A stretch of DNA of 58,603 nt, the filler included, from Sphacelaria rigidula (lineage: Eukaryota), in the NCBI GenBank assembly GCA_964200075.2. It is 5 parts of 5 records of this genome, joined end to end, with 100 filler letters (N's around TTAATTAATTAA, not from the genome) between each part and the next. Parts side by side here need not be neighbours in the genome. Positions count along the whole stretch, not along the records: positions 35,224 to 46,864 come from CAXNAA020004678.1; positions 46,965 to 58,603 come from CAXNAA020004679.1; 3 more parts are not named here. One strand, given 5' to 3'. The notes beneath the pieces are model-generated. The model made no database searches and had not been told where the DNA came from. It worked only from the letters and a program-made list of their open reading frames with translations. Position 1 is the stretch's first letter. Every line of letters begins with the position of its first letter. Positions 37,635 through 50,308 of the stretch are shown in pieces. A program made the position numbers and the translations under genes.

Positions 37635-38732
37635 CCGCTGCTCACGCCGCCCCACTCGCAGGAACCGTCCGCGATGATGGGATCCTCCACACGGCGAATA
37701 CAACGCGCCGTATCGGCCTTACCCGAACCGTCGGGCCCCACCGCAGCGGTGGCAGTCGCCGCCCGCGCACAACTTTGCACGCTAGCCACGGCAGGGGTCA
37801 ACGGTGCCGTCTCAACCACTAACATTGAAAGATCCAGATCGTCGTCATTTTCAGCCCCGGCGACGGCAGCGGCTGCTGCCGCTCCCGCCACCTCAACCAC
37901 GGAAGATAATGCGTTCGCTGCCCCGCCAACGGCGTCCTCATCTGCTACAGCCGTCGCGACCCCTGTGTCGGGGATAGGATCGCGCGGTCCCGATGTCGGC
38001 GACTGTGACAAGGACAACGGTAGAAGGGGCGGTACCGGCGGCGGCAGCGAAATGATTAGTAACGGACGTGGTTCGCTACACACGCCGAGACACGGCGTGG
38101 GGCAAGAGCAAGCGCGCGAGGGGGGTGTTACAGAATTTGACACGATGTCGGCGGGGGGCAATATACATACCGACAGCAACTTTGAAGACGTGGTGAATGG
38201 TGACAGTAATCGCACCGATGGCAACGAAAACGACGATATCGACACAAACGAGGTGGAGGAGGTGGTGACGACATGTGGGGGTAGCAGCGGCGGCGATGGC
38301 GGTAGCCCTTCGGGAGGGTCGGGAACGGGGGACGCCCCGGTGCGCACCATGGGCCCCTCTCTCACGAGCGAGGCTGCCGGGCTCAGCGATCTCATTCGCC
38401 GGCGCGGAGGCATGGCGGCGCTGACGGACGGACGCACGATCGCTGCTGTTCTCCGCGCCGCCGCGCCCCGACGTTCCCAGTCCTTCCATCAGCAGCAGCC
38501 ACGACAACATCGCGTCCGCGCGTTTTTCGACGTTGAATCGGAGGATGTAACCACTGAGGCGGGGAAATTGACCTTGTCCACTCCCACTCCCGGTGAAGGG
38601 GGGAGGGGAGGGGAGGAGACTGTGGGGGCAGCTGGCGGCGGGGGGGATGAGCCAAGTGAATCGGGCGTTTCGGGGTCGCTGTACGTGACAGCCACGTGCG
38701 GGGGGTTTTTCGGCAGCACCAAATCCCCGCAG
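37635..38732 (+). CDS. Large hypothetical protein, exon c (Ala/Gly/Ser/Asp-rich)
   Basis: 366 open codons between a CAG acceptor and a CAG|GTCAGC donor. An alternative in-frame acceptor exists near 37661. Confidence 0.8.
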
Positions 38733-39084
38733 GTCAGCGTGATTGCTCGTGTCTTGTTAGTGTCTCACTCGTCAGTTGCTGGACGTCCGGTATTTTGTCC
38801 CGGGATGGCGCCGGCCATATTTTTGGCCTATACCGCTGTTGTTCGTGTCAACACCCATAGAGACTTGGCCGACTGCTGGACCTCATTCTCCTGAGCATGG
38901 ACGACCGCTTTTGCCTCGTGACTCCTCCCGATCACCCTGACATATGTACGCCGCATTGCGCGAAAATAAACGTACAGTTGAAATGAGGCAACCACGAAGG
39001 TATAATGGTCACCGTCGTTGTGGAAGCAAGAAAGAAGTCAGATTGCATCGTCATTGGTGGATATTACTGTAATAGTAAATACTA

Positions 39085-39140
39085 AATAAATAATAATAAT
39101 AATGATGATGATAATGATAATAATAATAATGATGATAATG
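39085..39140. repeat. (AAT)n/(GAT)n microsatellite
   Basis: Read directly from the sequence. Confidence 0.9.
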
Positions 39141-39251
39141 GTAGATATTATAACCGTTCGTGAGGGCTGAAATTCATTCCCGTTTCTGCAGCTCCCCAAG
39201 TGCTTTTTTTCAACGCAATCATCTGCTTTACTCTTGTGCGGCTCAACGTAG

Positions 39252-39347
39252 GGATTATCACCAGAACAACAGGAGACGCTACCGTGGCCATCACCGCAAG
39301 ATGCAAACGGTGTTTGTCAGAAACTGGCCAAGAGGGTGGAGGCACGG
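39252..39347 (+). CDS. Large hypothetical protein, exon d
   Basis: TAG|GLSPEQQETLPWPSPQDANGVCQKLAKRVEAR|GTAAGC, phase 0/0. Confidence 0.6.
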
Positions 39348-39570
39348 GTAAGCGTGAGCTGTGTGCTTACGTTGTATTCGCAATTGTTGCTCATGCGCGG
39401 CGTATTTTTGAATCGATGAGAACGGGGGGGGGTGATTGGTGCACAGGTACCGTGTCAAGAGTGTAATTGAACAGTTAGACCAGACACGTGAAGGCGTGTC
39501 ATGCATCAACGGGTTGCCTACGTTAGCGCCTACTGGTTGACCGTATCTCCATGGAGATATACACTTCCAG

Positions 39571-39665
39571 GCAGTAGGCCATTTTTGCACTGTGAGCTGT
39601 AGCAGCTACTGTAGAGATACGAGGACGCTGTCACAGCTTCATCCACAAATGGAACGCTGGTTCGC
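39571..39665 (+). CDS. Large hypothetical protein, exon e
   Basis: CAG|AVGHFCTVSCSSYCRDTRTLSQLHPQMERWF(A)|GTACAC. It supplies the phase 0 to 2 shift needed by the next exon, but the donor is weak. Confidence 0.45.
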
Positions 39666-39922
39666 GTACACGGAGTCGTTGTAAACAACGACGACCGATA
39701 GGATTGGAGTATTGAACACAAAATATGCAACGAAAACAACATTTTTGTCCTTCGTGTTTTCCCTTGTTGCCCCCTCCCCCCCCCACACACACACATGCAC
39801 ACGAAAACAACACGAAAAAAGGTGGAAGCCATGGTACCATTCACGTGTACCAATCCGGCTCCCGCGTGCGAGCGCCGACGCCTTCGATTAGTCAACAATT
39901 TCTTCTTCTCCGTACTGGCCAG

Positions 39923-40133
39923 GGGATATCCGTACGTCCCTAGACACAACCGCGAAACGATCGCTGTCGGCGCCGCTGCTGGTAGCGGCTCGATCGGCCG
40001 ATCTGGTGCTTTGCTGGGTCCGCGGCGAAAGGATCACGAACGCCTGGGGGCAGGTCGGAGCACGGATACTACTCACTGTACACCCTCGGATTTTGAGGGG
40101 CAACTGTATGCAGTTTTGGGAGCTTTATTGGAG
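39923..40133 (+). CDS. Large hypothetical protein, exon f
   Basis: Pyrimidine tract plus CAG acceptor, GYPYVPRHNRE...DFEGQLYAVLGALLE, and a GAG|GTGCCG donor. Confidence 0.6.
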
Positions 40134-41145
40134 GTGCCGTACCGCTGCCGGGCGGGGCTGAGGGGGCGGGGGGGAGGGGTATACTCATTATCTTGCATGC
40201 TGTAGTCATGAGACCTCTGACATCGCATTCCTATAAAGGCGGGACGCACCACACCATATTTTCGTCGGACCAGGTTTGCTATCACCAAGCGCGAAGCGTC
40301 GTGATGTGTTGGGCGAGTCGCATGGGGGGTGACGTGTATCCTTCTAAGATTGTTGAGTCCGAAGCATGCTAGTTATTTTGCACCTGGATGACAGCCTCCA
40401 ATGAGTTGCTTCATTTCCTGGTAGCGGTAGGAGTGGTGCTACCGTAGGGTTGGACGTTTTGAGTGAAAATGTTTATTGCGGTGTTGCACGGATCATTTTG
40501 AGAATCGGCATCATTTTCACTTGAAAAACACTGAAAATTATGCCGATTCACGGAAAGGCCTCTGTGTGCATCTCCATGCCCTGTCTCTGGGCGGATTAGT
40601 TGCTCGGTGAACAGAGTCACAGACTTTTGTCGGGTGGCGAGAGTAATAGGTAGATTCGAGTCCGAGCAACTTGTTGGTTGGGACAGAAAACGAATATGTG
40701 GACAAGTTCACAGGCAAACAGAATGACACAGGGATATATAGAGTGTACGTTGACGAACATACGGAGACAGCGAAGTCGAAAATAGATCCAGCCGTAGTGC
40801 CAACTCGTTTTACCATGGGACGCTGCGATCAATCTCTACGCACCGATCGTCCAGGGTTGGATGCTGGTTACTGCAGATCCAAATGTTTAGTTGGACATAT
40901 ATATATATATATATATGTATTATTCTTCCAAGCATGCGACTGTTTTGCAGTTGATGTTTTCACCTTATAAGTATATAAATATAGTTTCTTCTAGGAAATC
41001 GGAAGCTCATCACTGAAGAGCAGCGGAATTCATGCCCAGCACTCATGCTATACCTATGGTCGAGCATTTGTCTTTCCTCCCGGTAACGACTTTTTACACT
41101 TTTTCCGCCGCGTCGACTTTGTGATTCTGCTTCTCGCGACTCAAG

Positions 41146-41249
41146 GCCGCTAACGAACTGGTTCCGGGCGCGCGAGACGGAGGCGCGGCGGTGAACGCAG
41201 TTGGAGAGACGACCGTGCTGACCCTCAAGGGTTGCTGCGCGTTGGATAG
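41146..41249 (+). CDS. Large hypothetical protein, exon g
   Basis: AAG|AANELVPGARDGGAAVNAVGETTVLTLKGCCALD(R)|GTGAGT, phase 0/2. Confidence 0.6.
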
Positions 41250-42139
41250 GTGAGTTAGGACTAACATTCGGTGAAACCGCGGTTGTGGTTTATAGCGGGA
41301 AACGAGATTCCCGTTTCGGCCACCACGTGACGGCAGCGCGGAGGAAGAGCGTAGTCCAGCAGTTGGTGCTGCTCACAATGCCCGGGTGATGTCATGGTGA
41401 CTGGTGGAAGGATATATAAATATACAAGAGGTTCGGCGGCTTACGCCACCAAGCTCAATGAGATCGATAGCCAAGGTACACGAGGAGCGGTTATCGATGC
41501 TCGCATTAGGTGGCGGAACAGGTCATGGTTTCAAGAGCAGTATATTGCGCTGTGTGCGGGCGGTGACACGTGTCACAGGGGTAGGATATGAAGAAGAGTC
41601 TCATTGATGTTTGATGATTGTACCTACAGGAACGGGTAAAAAACTACCTTCACCGTCGAAGAACACACACGGAGACACGCATTTACGTTTTCCACCCACA
41701 GCAACAAATAGGAAACATCGTCCATCGCCGACAAACACAGCCAGTGACACTCGTACCATTAGCCAAATATTAGTGCGCCATCCAATTACGCGGGGACACA
41801 TACCACTGTTTGCAACCATGAGATCAGTAGTAATTGCACCGCAGAAATGCCCGTAACCGCAAGGGATATCGACATTTGCAATCACATATCACGACACGTA
41901 GGGCACCAGGTTTTCCGCCTCTTTTCCTGGGCAACAAAGTATGCCGGCAATTCCTGCAACGTACGAGGGGTTGGCGAGGATGCGTATTTTGTACTTGCAC
42001 CCGGTCTTGACGTAGTTGGAGCAGAATACAAACCGAGCACACGCGAAGCCACACCCAGTCGGCGCCACGCGGGCAAAGACGTTGAGCAAGTCTGCGACTC
42101 ATGATAGCACAGACGTTCTGTTTTGTACATCAGGAAAGT

Positions 42140-42830
42140 TCGCGAATCATGCTCGCCGTAATCTAAAAGCAAGTGAAAAAAGTGCACCTGTCTCAGAGCT
42201 TGCCCGACGCATAAAATGTTTCAACTTGAGGAACCCCGCGGCTCATGATAGAAATTAACAAAAAACAGTTGCAACCCGATATGTTCGGGAAATAACTGAG
42301 CAGCACAAGGAGCAATTGCTCGCCTCCCAGAGCTTCTGGGAACGACGGAATGATCCCTTTTCGTCGTACTCTTTGAGCAAGTGAAAAAAGTGCACCTGTC
42401 TCAGGGCTTCTGGCAACGATTCTGACAGAAAAAGTACGAAGCGGCGGAGCGATTAAACGGCCTGTATGCGGTGTGAGATGCACGCACAGAGGGTCTACCG
42501 CCACGGCGAGGAAAAGAAGGCGAAATACACCATGCAGAACACTGCCGGGGAAGCGATGCTCCCGAATCCTCCTGAAGGGGAATCATGTAATGCTGCCTTG
42601 TCAGAGCTCGAGAGAACGAAATGACCCCGTTTCGCTGTACTCTTGAATCAAGTAAGAGCAAATGCTCGCCTCTTTGAGCTTCTGGGAACGACGGAATGAC
42701 CCCGTTTCGCCGTACTCTAAAATCAAGTAAGAGCAAATGCTGGCCTCTCAGAGCTTCTGAAAACGACGGAATGACCCCGTTTCGCCGTAGTCTAAAAGCA
42801 AGTGAAAAAGTGCACCTGTCTACAGGGCTA
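42140..42830. repeat. Intronic repeat with a 75-bp tandem unit and dispersed related units
   Basis: TTCGC(C/T)GTA anchors at 42631, 42706 and 42781. AGCAAGTGAAAAA(A)GTGCACCTGTCT occurs at ~42168, ~42376 and ~42797. Confidence 0.75.
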
Positions 42831-43978
42831 GCCAAAGAAAAAAAGATAAAATGTATATATGTACGCATATATATATGCGTACATATTCTCTGATTTTCCT
42901 TACTTTGCGTAAGGCCGCGTCTTATCGAGAGAAGAAAACGAGGGCTTGGGATATTTTTAACGCACTGGCCAAAACCGGGAAGAAGGAACCGCAGTCGGCC
43001 GATAGGCCAGCAAGGGCCCTTGGATACACATATATATATATATATATATTAACCATTTTTATACATGATGTTTCTCCGCAGCCGCTGTTTTGATATTTTA
43101 TACTATTATTATACATTATGTTTATCCGCAGCCGCTATTCCGGCACGCAGGTGCAACAGTGACGATGCCTCACAGCGCAGTATTTCTCCGCACTCCGATG
43201 CACCAGCGGCCAGTATCTCATTCTTCCGTTTCTGCTCTCCCGTCTTTTTCTGGGAATTTTCCATTTCTCTACGCGGAATTTGCCCTATTTCGGCGGAATT
43301 TACCCTGGGACCAGTGATTTCCCTAGCCGTTTGCCTCTCGTTCGTGCCGGTGAGCTGCTCACCAGATTCTCACGTTTCCCTACTCGGAATTAACGCAACC
43401 TCTTCCCCGGATCCACAACATTCCTCACTTCTCTCTCCTGGGAAAATAGCTCGCGGCACCAGTGACGTGCCGAGGCGTTTGGTTCGACGTTTCCCTTCTG
43501 GGAATTCAACGCACGGAACCTGACACCATTGACATGCCGAGTCATTTCTTCACCAGTCAGTCCAACGGAATCTTTTACCCCAGTGTACCAGTGACGTTCT
43601 CAGCCGTTTTACCCCCCTACCGCGCCAGTGACTTTCCGAACAGAATGTCACGTTTCCGGAAATCATTACATCCTGTTCCTCGGGCATCGCTGACTTACTC
43701 CTTATCGGTCGGTAATAGTGTCGTTTCCAGTTGTCTCACCCCCTTTCGCGCTAGACGAGTCGCTCAGTAGGATGAATGGAGTGGATTTCTACATTACACA
43801 GCAAATACAGAACACAACAGTGTAGACGTGTGCCACCATGTGCTCAAACATTCACTTTTTTCGCCTGGAGATATTTCGTTTGGAGCCATACGATTTGACC
43901 CATCTCCAAACTGTAGCATTACATCGACCTGGCTTCCTCCGGAAATGTAGATCACTACAAGTTTCTATAGTAGACAGG

Positions 43979-44145
43979 GTGTGTGTGTTGCCGTCCCATC
44001 TATTCTGGACGCCGGTCTACACCTTTCCGTATATGTGGGCGCATCAGCCTGGGTCACACAGGAGGAAGGCCAACACGGGAGTTTTTTTTTTTGGTTTGTC
44101 TCAGTACTCTACCTTCCTTCTGCAGTGCTTGCCTTCATTTTTTAG
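43979..44145. repeat. Dispersed SINE-like repeat (second copy inverted at ~51770-51925)
   Basis: TCCCATCTATTCTGGACGCC(G/A)GTCTACACCTT...GGGTCACACAGGAG is shared between contigs 4 and 5. Confidence 0.7.
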
Positions 44146-44939
44146 CCCCCCTCCAAGCATGATTGGGGGTGATACCTACCATTTAGACTTGTTACATAGA
44201 CAGCGATAGCCCCGAACACGCGGGAGGCGTCGTTCGAATGCCTTCACCGAAAATAGCGCTTCATGATCCGTTTCTCCCTTTCCCCTTCCTAGTGCATATA
44301 ATCAACGTATCTCCTACCAGAACATCTCAACGGGAAGGGTATTGAATTAGATGCGTTAGCCATTTGCGGCTTTACAACAATCAATCTATGACATGAACTG
44401 TTTGCAAGCGGACCAAATGATGATTCTCCTAAGCGCATGAGAGGTATCTCAAAATATCGATTCCCTATTACTGTGCATTCCTAGGATCGTCAGAGGTACC
44501 GTTCGTTTGCGACAAGACAAAGCAGTAAAAGCCACTCGGAAACATCACCGATGCACAAAGCTGATCTGTATGTAGTCATGAGTGCATGCACTGAATGTTC
44601 GACTCTTGACAAGGTCTTGGATGTACTGAAACAACCAAAACAAAAGACGGGCAGCAAAAGCCCGCAAGTTGGGCCAAATTTCAATGCGTTGGTCAGGACC
44701 CGTCGGTTCAAGTGCGGCAACTTTATTTGACGTTTGCGAAGCAGGACTTCGGCCCACAGCGTAGATGCGATTCCCGAAACGCATTTCTGATTGCTCGTTT
44801 CGGATACCCCGAATTGGTGATCTCTAATGTAAAATTGTGATTATCCAGTGAAAAAGGGTCAATACCGCAAAAGGCATCTCGGATTCAGCGTCTCCGCCGA
44901 GTTTCCAGTCGGACTGTCTTTTTTCTTGATTTGATTCAG

Positions 44940-45107
44940 AATTGGGCCCGCGAGACTTGGGCCTGGAGTACCGCGGGAGTGCGCCTGGGTGCATCGCTTA
45001 TTTGCAGCCCCTTGGATGCACGATGACACGTTTTCTCAGATTGTGGTGGTCGGGGAGTTCTCCAGTGGATCATTTCAGCCGCCATGCCCTGAGCGGTGGT
45101 GTGTTCG
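44940..45107 (+). CDS. Large hypothetical protein, exon h (gene continues beyond)
   Basis: T-rich tract plus CAG acceptor, phase 2 start matching exon g. Reads IGPARLGPGVPRECAWVHRLFAAPWMHDDTFSQIVVVGEFSSGSFQPPCPERWCV(R)|GTATGA. Confidence 0.6.
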
Positions 45108-46864
45108 GTATGATCAACCGTTGGTGTTGCACAGGGTCAGTACAAAACGAGTGTCGTTTGTGAGGTCGTCGTATTGACGGCTTTTGACCGATAACTAGTA
45201 GTTCTACACAGTTGAGTTTTTTATCTTCCGTGTAATCTTCTCGTCGGTGAGTGAGGAATAGTGAAGAGTGCTTTCTGTGCAGTTTCATCATGACTTATGA
45301 ACAGTCCAAATGGCCAAGTCGTGCATGCGATCGTCAGCCCACACGCGAGGGCTTCTCCTATTTCGAACATCAAGTTTCTCTACATTTTGAAGTTGTTTCT
45401 AAATAATATATTGAGCTACGAACACTCTACAGTATCCTTTGCCTTGCAAACGCACCATTGAGCGGTGGCGCGAAGCGCCAAAAACATATATATATATATA
45501 TACAAGGTTCCCCATCGGGAGGTTGATACTGGCCTCCCGGGGGTGACGCAAGTCGAAAATATACCAGTGTTAATCCTTTTTCATATCATGGAGGCAATTG
45601 TGTGGGAGAACATGTATCTTTCAGCAGATGCTCGTACTGACACATTTCGGAGTTCCGAATGTCTCAGACCAAGAGTGGCGGGAAGACCGGTGGACACTTC
45701 GATCATGAAGAGCTCGCTTCACGGGCGGTGTGCGGAGGTGGAAAAAACACCATCACGCACGAAACCCGTCACAGCACACATCGCAAGTGATTGTTACTGA
45801 AATAAGGTCGCGTCCCGGTAGTACACGGGGAACTTGTGCAGGGTTCTCTAAATGCCGACCCGACCCCGCGCGCACGGATTTCAAATCACACTTGTATACA
45901 GTATACATCTATGATATTGCTTGCTGTCTGTGTGCACGTGGTGTACCACCCCTCGCTCTGCCACATCTAGTACAGCGGTCGGTGTTGCAGCTAAGTGTGC
46001 ATTTGCTCTAGGTGGCGCACGCAAGAGTAATAGGCCGCCTCTGCCGCTATAATTCCTGCCTGTATCTTGAGCGGATAGATGGTAACACAGCCGCTATGGC
46101 GCGCAAGCCGGCTGTAACAATTCATACAGCGTGGAATTTTCTACACTGTCTTGAAGTCATGCTACGCGCAGTTCCAACTTTTGTACGAGTATTGTACACG
46201 TCGCAGAAGGCAATAGCTTCTATACTGTGTACAGTACATGTTTTAAAATTGTATACTGACTGTAGAATGCTCTTGTCTAGGGTGTACTACATTTCCATAC
46301 ACATCAGGCGGTGACATCGTGGAATAATCAAATAATGCACAGCACATGCCCGAAGTGGAAGTGAGGCAATCACCGAAATATTCGCGTGCAAAGCCTGTGC
46401 GGCTGTACTCTAAGTTGTCAACTCTAGAAGAACACCAGTGCAACGGCCATCCAGGCTGCAGGCCTGTGCACGGCTGTCCCGGTAGTGATAGGACTGTCTG
46501 TACCAGCATATCGCCCCCAGTGCCAGGTACGCCGGCAAGGGTCCGCGGCACTACCCACTGGTCGCGCGACAGGAGCTCAATCTTGGACTGTCGAGTTTTG
46601 TGAAGCGGAAATGTTCAGCTGCCAATCCTCACATCTATAGCGGACCATGAACGATGCTTGTTTGCTGGGTTTCTTCGAGCGTTCGTCCATAACTGGGCGA
46701 AGATCGATGATGAGGCCGGCAGGATCCGTCTCAGCCTGCGTGCTCAACTGTCGCTGTACCCACTCTATCGAGCCGTCATCAGACAGCAGGGTGTTAAAAA
46801 AATAAAGGGCAATGGCCTAGAAAAGGTATACCTTCTCTTTTTTTGCCCAAGAAAGGTACGAAAA

Positions 46865-46964
46865 NNNNNNNNNNNNNNNNNNNNNNNNNNNNNNNNNNNN
46901 NNNNNNNNTTAATTAATTAANNNNNNNNNNNNNNNNNNNNNNNNNNNNNNNNNNNNNNNNNNNN
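46865..46964. other. Artificial contig spacer
   Basis: 44 N + TTAATTAATTAA + 44 N. Confidence 0.98.
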
Positions 46965-47123
46965 CGCTGATTTTGTCTTCCTTTTCTAGCATCGTTCCTA
47001 CCCCATCGTTCAGAATCTTACAGAACGTTTTTCCTACCGTGCTCAGCAGCGTTATCCCTCTAAGTTCCCTGGGTCAGCCTTGTCTCCATTTTGAAAATGT
47101 CGACGGCTAATCCTTCTCTCCAC

Positions 47124-47333
47124 TGTAATGCGTGAGAGGACCGCGTGCTTAGAAGACCGCGCCGTGGCTCGAAACACCTCACGATCGACGTTTTCCAAAA
47201 CCAATCGAACCAGTCCCTGCAGGGACCACGCCCCTCACCCTAACCCCAACACTAACCCTAACCAAACCCTAACCACAGGGATGTTCAAATTCCGATGCGG
47301 TCCTCTAAGCACGCGGTCCTCTCACACATTACA
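47124..47333. mobile_element. 210-bp MITE with TGT...ACA termini, 4-bp TSD CCAC and internal telomere-like repeats
   Basis: CCAC|TGTAATGCGTGAGAGGACCGCGTGCTTAGAAGACCGC ... GCGGTCCTCTAAGCACGCGGTCCTCTCACACATTACA|CCAC. The 37-bp TIR has two mismatches, and removal restores the LINE peptide PKRWREG. Confidence 0.9.
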
Positions 47334-47457
47334 CCACCTCTTGGGTGTCTATTCGTTTTTCCAGATCCAGTTGTACAGCATAATTATCATGGTAATAATT
47401 CCCTCTCCCCCGTACTTTAGAAATTCATTCACTATTTCGTCTGCCACTGCTACCTTT

Positions 47458-47758
47458 AACAAGGTTTTCGTGAGATTGAGAGTAGAGGGGCTGCTTAAGA
47501 GCGGATTTGATCATTCGCCGTAACTTGACCAATTTTTCATCCAGTGTGTGGTTTCCTTTGCGTCCATCACTGGCGTGTGCTTTCAGCTACACGTCGACAT
47601 CCCACTCATGGATATCAAGGGCCTTAGTGGTAAGCTACTACAGGAAGAATATCGCGCCTCGCGGAGGGGCATTTCGGAACTGAAACGATCCATTTACTAA
47701 TTAAACGCTTTTCACTCTCAATCGTATCCTCTACTCTCAATCTCACGAAAATGTTGTT
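47458..47758. mobile_element. 301-bp MITE with AAC...GTT termini and 4-bp TSD CTTT
   Basis: CTTT|AACAAGGTTTTCGTGAGATTGAGAGTAGAGG ... CCTCTACTCTCAATCTCACGAAAATGTTGTT|CTTT. Removal restores the LINE peptide KNRKVA. Confidence 0.9.
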
Positions 47759-50308
47759 CTTTCTGTTCTTGAGCTCAGCTACGCACTCCTTCACTTAATC
47801 TCTGGTAAACTTTCTCTGCAGTTCTTTCGCGCCTCTATATCCTTCCGTTTTGATGTCTTTGCATTTGCCTCTGCCAACGCGTTGATTTCTTTTTCGAATT
47901 CCATATCGAACTCCGCGTTTGTTTTTATTGTTCCTAGTTTACGGTAGTGCTCGACTAGCACTTTTCTCTTCCCCTTGGAACTGCTGACCTTTTCACCGTC
48001 CTGTGCCCGGAGTGGGGCTATCCCCTTGTCCATCTTTTCTGCCTGGTTCCCGTCATCCTTTTTATCCCTACCCACATTTGTTTCATCCCACCATCGAAAT
48101 CTCGACTTTTTTTCACTACATCTTCCCATACCCCCTTCTTTCTCTTCTGCACTATGTTTTTACTCCCTTTCGAGCTTTAAAGTATACTCTTCCCATCCCG
48201 CCGTACTGTAGTTCTACTCGATATGCATCTCGCGATGCGGCGTTAGAGGTGCACAAAAACAAATCAGGTCTCAATTTGTTTTGGAGGCGCTCATCCCATG
48301 AGAAACAAGGTATTTTGAAATATATATGTGAGAGCACGCCACGGCTAGCATTGCAATAAGTTCGGGAGATTTCGAATGACTTCTCAAACGGGTTTATCCT
48401 GACCATTAACGCACCGAGGATGTTGCTGTGCTGCAGCCGGGGGTTCTAGACGGTATGTGCATGGCCAACGCTGGAGAACGCACTATGTTCGTCATAGTTT
48501 GATACTTGCCGTATCTTGAATCTGTGTGTGATGACCATCACGTGTGCTACAACAAATATGATACCATCTGGATCGGATGGATTTTGCCGTCAACGGTTGT
48601 TACCTGCCGAGTTCCATTCCATATCGGTAGGTACCAACTAACACAACCGACAGAGATGGAAACGGCGAAACAGACGAACTTGGCACAAGAAGTGCAGGGG
48701 GCGACGAAGTACCACAGGGATACACGGTTATGACAAGCCATCAAGCCGATGAGATGGTGATCACACCCCTATCGAAGACGACGGCGCTAATGCCCAGCAA
48801 AAAACATTGGCTCGCTCGCGGCAGCAGATCACCGCCTGGTGCGGGACTTTCAAGCAGCACGCTATCCTAACACCACCAGGGTTCGCCGTGGTATCGGATA
48901 TTCCACCGCTGCAGCCGTCGTTCGCTTTCATGGAACGGGTATTTTTCCCCCTCGCGTTGTGTGTGAATGAGCGGCAGGAGAGTGTGCACTAAGCGACCGC
49001 ATAGCGACTGCTGTACTTGCGAAGTACAGCAGAGGAAGGGTAACGGCTGGTGCCAGGGTTTGGGCGGGGAAAAAGAATGTGGTGGATGAGGAGGAAAATG
49101 AGGAGGAGGAGGAGGAGGAGGGCTAGGGGTGTGGGGGGGGAGAGGAAACGGAGGGAGGGTAAAAAGAAAGAGGAAGGGGAGGATGTGGCTTGGGTGTGTT
49201 GGTAAGTCATACCACGGTGAGGGTTGCATATCTGGGCCCAGCTGTTTCTCATTGAGAGACTCTGATACTTGAGAACTACACAAGAAGAGCCGTTTGCACC
49301 TTGTCACGGAACGGTCATCAGGACTGTCCCCGGTCCTGGCGCCGGTTCGAACTGCAGGGGCAGCGTGGCTTCTCAATCATATCGTCGGGCCCCATCCCGT
49401 GCTGGAAGGACCGCGATGCATACATTCATGGTATAAAGCAACGGGACTAAGGTAAATGGGCGAACGTCTACTACGCAAGTGTGTACTTCCCAGCCAGAGG
49501 CAGAGGCACGGTCTGGGTTCCGCCGTAGCGAAAGCGTCTGGCGGTGCAGACCTTGGACGATGATTACGCTGACGCTTATCCACTTTCATTACCAGTCTGA
49601 TGCTGGGTTGCGGATTAATGGTAGATGGCCGCTGCCGTTCTTCTGGGTAAATAGCGCTCTGTGTAGATATACGGATAGCTAGGGACACAGGTGTGGGGAG
49701 GTTTGGAGACGAATAGGTAGGTCACTACGGGAAAACATTATATGTACAGCCTGTCGCTTACTCGCCAAATATTTAGAATATTTGGTCCCAGCCAGCGAGC
49801 AATGGCGATGAATGACCGCACTCGAGTACAGAAATTGAACAGAATCAGCAAGTGTCGTTCATGTCTGGCGGAGGTTTTCAATACAAATTCATGTTTTCGT
49901 AGTGAATCGGACAAGACAAATTCCAGGCCTTCAAGGTCACAGCATGGCGAATATCAAGATTTCGAGAGCAAGCAAGCAGTGGCTCCAACTGACCACCCAA
50001 TAACAGAAGTAAGGATTGCAAGAAACCATGGAGCTACTTCGGAAAGAGTCCAATAATTTCTGGCTCGTGTCCCAACACCTATATGCGGGACGCCAGAAGT
50101 AGACGAACGCGAAATATTGCTGCCCGGACAGCAAACGAAGGCTCGCGTTGATTACACCAACATAAGTACCTCGTATCCCGTCAGATTCCAAACTAGAAAA
50201 CCTTCCAACATTGTATTTCTGTTGGTGTTCAGGTTATATGAGGTTGTGTTTGGGTTGAACCTATACATATACCTGTGCTCGTACCTGCGATTGGGTTTAT
50301 CTACAACG

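Larger units (their letters stand above)
46965..48210 (-). mobile_element. Decayed non-LTR retrotransposon (tether and RT N-terminal region) split by two MITEs
   Basis: With the insertions removed it reads KNRKVAVADEIVNEFLKYGGE...TPKRWREG...GDKADPGN.RGITLLSTVGKTFCKILND, which are typical LINE RT N-terminal motifs, with frameshifts. Confidence 0.88.

Noticed and set aside
35334..38437. Long minus-strand ORFs 35334-36128 and 37613-38437
   Set aside because: They are antisense shadows of GC-rich plus-strand exons that have proper splice sites.
42600..42830. Regularly spaced repeats resembling a CRISPR array (also 20225-20725, 52879-53245)
   Set aside because: The whole units are homologous, there are no unique spacers or cas genes, and the context is eukaryotic and intronic.
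43068..43800. Possible solo LTR (TG...CA)
   Set aside because: No matching TSD and no second copy in the window.
11642..46964. TTAATTAATTAA palindrome recurring every 11,741 bp
   Set aside because: It is an artificial six-frame-stop spacer between length-sorted contigs, so the periodicity and any cross-contig gene neighbourhood are not biological.
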